A DNA stretch of 64,000 nucleotides, taken from contig NC_043005.1 in the NCBI RefSeq assembly GCF_006345805.1, forward strand, positions 21,514,001-21,578,000, read 5' to 3'. The translations under genes were made by a program, and so were the position numbers. Source of the stretch: Octopus sinensis. Taxonomy: Eukaryota. Positions within the stretch are counted from its first letter, which is position 1, and each line of letters begins with the position of its first letter. Positions 61,811 to 64,000 of this stretch are shown piece after piece. Under the pieces are notes generated by a model. The model had not been told where the DNA came from. It saw only the letters and a program-made list of their open reading frames with translations, and made no database searches.

Positions 61811-63091
61811 TCACGTTGAGTAAAAAGTAAGCAATGATTTGAACCATGAAGAATTTGTACTGGATTTTTGTGTTTGCAGAGTTTTGAATTTTTTTAAACA
61901 TTTTTTTTGCAGTTGTCTGATAATACAGACATAGACTTGCCCAAATACATCAATAAATTAACATTCATATTGTTTTCACCATTGTTACAATTATTTGAAA
62001 TGGAACTGTCAAAGTGTGATATTTGAGCAATTTTGTTATTGAACCTCAAAAGGACATAAAGCAGCTGAAACTGTTCGTGATGTCAACAAAACGTTTGTTG
62101 AGGAAATGACCAGTGAGTGGTCAGCTCAAAATTGGTTTAAACAATTTTACAGTGCAGTATTGGGCCTTGAAGGTCGTGAACATAATGGATGCCCATCTGT
62201 CATCAATGATGTTCAATTAAAGATCATCATTGAGAAAGATCCATGTAAAACCATTTGAAAACTGGCAAAAGAACTTCAACTTAGCCAGAAAACTGCCTGC
62301 AACCATTTGCATGTGATCGGAAAATCAAAAAAACTCAACAAATGGGTACCACACGATTTGAATGAAAATCAAAAAATGCACAGGTAGGAAATTTACTCAT
62401 CACTTCTTCTCCACAACCAGACTAATCTATTTCTTGGCCATATTGTAACTTGTGATGCGAAGTGGATTCTGTACTATAATAAAAAATGTTCTTCGCAGTA
62501 GTTGGACAAAAATGAAGCACTGAAAACCTTCCCAAACCCAAGCTCTTCAAAGAGAAGATTATGGTAACTATTTGGTGGTGTACTGCTGGACTCATCCGCA
62601 ATAACTTCTAACAATCTGGAATACCATTACTGCAGAAACATATTGCCATGAAATTGCCAAAATGAATGAAAAACTGCTACTCCTCCATCCTAGACTGGTC
62701 AAAAGAAGAGGGTCAATCATTCTTCATGACAATGCTCAACCATAGTTTTCACTTATGATGCTCCAAAAGTTGAAGAAACTCTGCTATGAAGTTCTTCGCT
62801 GCCCAGCTTATTTCCGAGACCTTTCTCCTACCAACTACCACTTTTTCAAGCACCTTGATGGTTTCCCGTGCGAAAAGGAGTTCAAAAATCAAACCAATGC
62901 TGAAAGTTCATTCAAAGAGTTCATCAGCTCCAAAACTCCAGATTTTTATGTTACCAGAATAAACAAACTCGTAACTCGTTGGCAAAAATGTGTTGATTGT
63001 AATGGTACTTAATTTGACGAATAAAATTTCTGCTTTGTTGAAAAATATTGTGATGAATTTCATGTTTCAAAACGTGGCTTACTCAACCTGA
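61811..63091 (+). mobile_element. Full-length decayed mariner (DD34D), 1281 bp
   Basis: TA-flanked TIRs tcacgttgagtaa / ttactcaacctga; WVPHDL, TCDAKW, HDNAQP, DLSPTNYHFF; multiple stops and frameshifts. Confidence 0.92.
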
Positions 63092-63275
63092 TAGTTGTAT
63101 ATGTATGGGAGTTGGTTTTGTGTATATAGGAGGAAACACTGTGTGTCACTGTTGTTTATTTTCCATATCAAACACCAAAGTGCTCAAATGAACAGGCAGA
63201 AAATTTGGAACGTAGTGTTTATGCTTAATTCCTGCTGATTTTTATGCTAATATAATATATATAATAGAGCGTAAT

Positions 63276-64000
63276 ATCTATATACTATTGAAAGTGAAGT
63301 TCAATCTTGCTTGCTTGCAGTGTTACACAGCCAAACTGGCACATAATGGTAAAATACTTTGAAAGTAAAGTGCCCTTGAAATGTGGATATGAATGGAATA
63401 GTTTTTCATAAATTGGACCAGTAGCTATTGAGATATTTGGGGTTTTGAGATATGAATACCCAAAACTGCATAATGGGAAAATACCTCGAAAATAACTTCA
63501 CCCAGAAAGGGAAGAAACCTTTCAATTAGACACATTATGATAGGCAAAATATTTTAAAGTGAAATTAACTTTAAAAATATGGTTAATATTTCATAAAAAA
63601 CCCATTAGTAACCTCAGTGTGAAATAGTTTTCTTTCCGTAGGTTTCATTCGATTGCATTCAATGTATCTCACCTCCAAAGATTTGGCTGCTATTTCTAGC
63701 ATACTCTACCACCATGTAACATCTATTTGCAATAAAAGACCTGAAATACCTGTTATATGGCAGTAGGGCATGCAAGAAATAGCAGCCAAATCTTTCTTTT
63801 CTGAGGAAAGGAGCCTTTTACATGTGATTTCGATGTCACATCCATTGAAAGCATGCGAAATAATATGGAAAAGAAAAAAAACCTACGAAACAAAACTCCA
63901 TTGCTGGAAAACTCACACTCCCTCAGTGACCCAACAGGTCACAGGTAGTCTAGCAATATAATATAAATGTATAAACAAAATCACAAATGAAAATGTTTCC
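63276..64000 (+). mobile_element. Possible Helitron-like non-autonomous element 5' part
   Basis: a|tctatatactattgaaagtgaag resembles the 5' ends at 24215 and 11467. The 3' end is not visible. Confidence 0.35.

Noticed and set aside
59640-64000. Expected exon C4 after B4
   Set aside because: No PAN type-2 signature or ccag|gtcagt donor was found; it probably lies beyond the window or has been lost.

Overview
AT-rich, repeat-dense eukaryotic DNA. The SINE and RTE families look like those of an octopus (inference from repeat types; no search was run). The only host-gene content I found is the middle of one large + strand gene with 12 protein-domain exons in the order A-B-C-A-B-C-A-B-C-A-A-B. 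A is Sushi/CCP-like (171 or 168 nt), B is PAN/Apple type 1 (240 nt) and C is PAN/Apple type 2 (234 nt). Every exon is bounded by AG/GT, is phase 1-1, has a length divisible by 3 and is stop-free. Joined, they give 2514 nt (838 codons) of open frame, with no start or stop exon in the window. Paralogous exons keep all Cys residues but show many amino-acid replacements and few silent changes, which suggests diversifying selection on an extracellular recognition protein. Any subset of the exons could be spliced in frame. The introns are homologous between units and are filled with transposons: RTE, Dong/R4, Tx1 and Penelope retroelements, SINEs, mariner/Tc1, hAT, an RT-less Ty3/Gypsy element, and a Helitron that encloses an intact ORF1-only (gag-like CCHC) retroelement. 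Several long palindromes and degenerate hammerhead-like motifs are also present. Exon, LTR, mariner and Helitron boundaries were counted from the sequence. Boundaries of decayed repeats are approximate.
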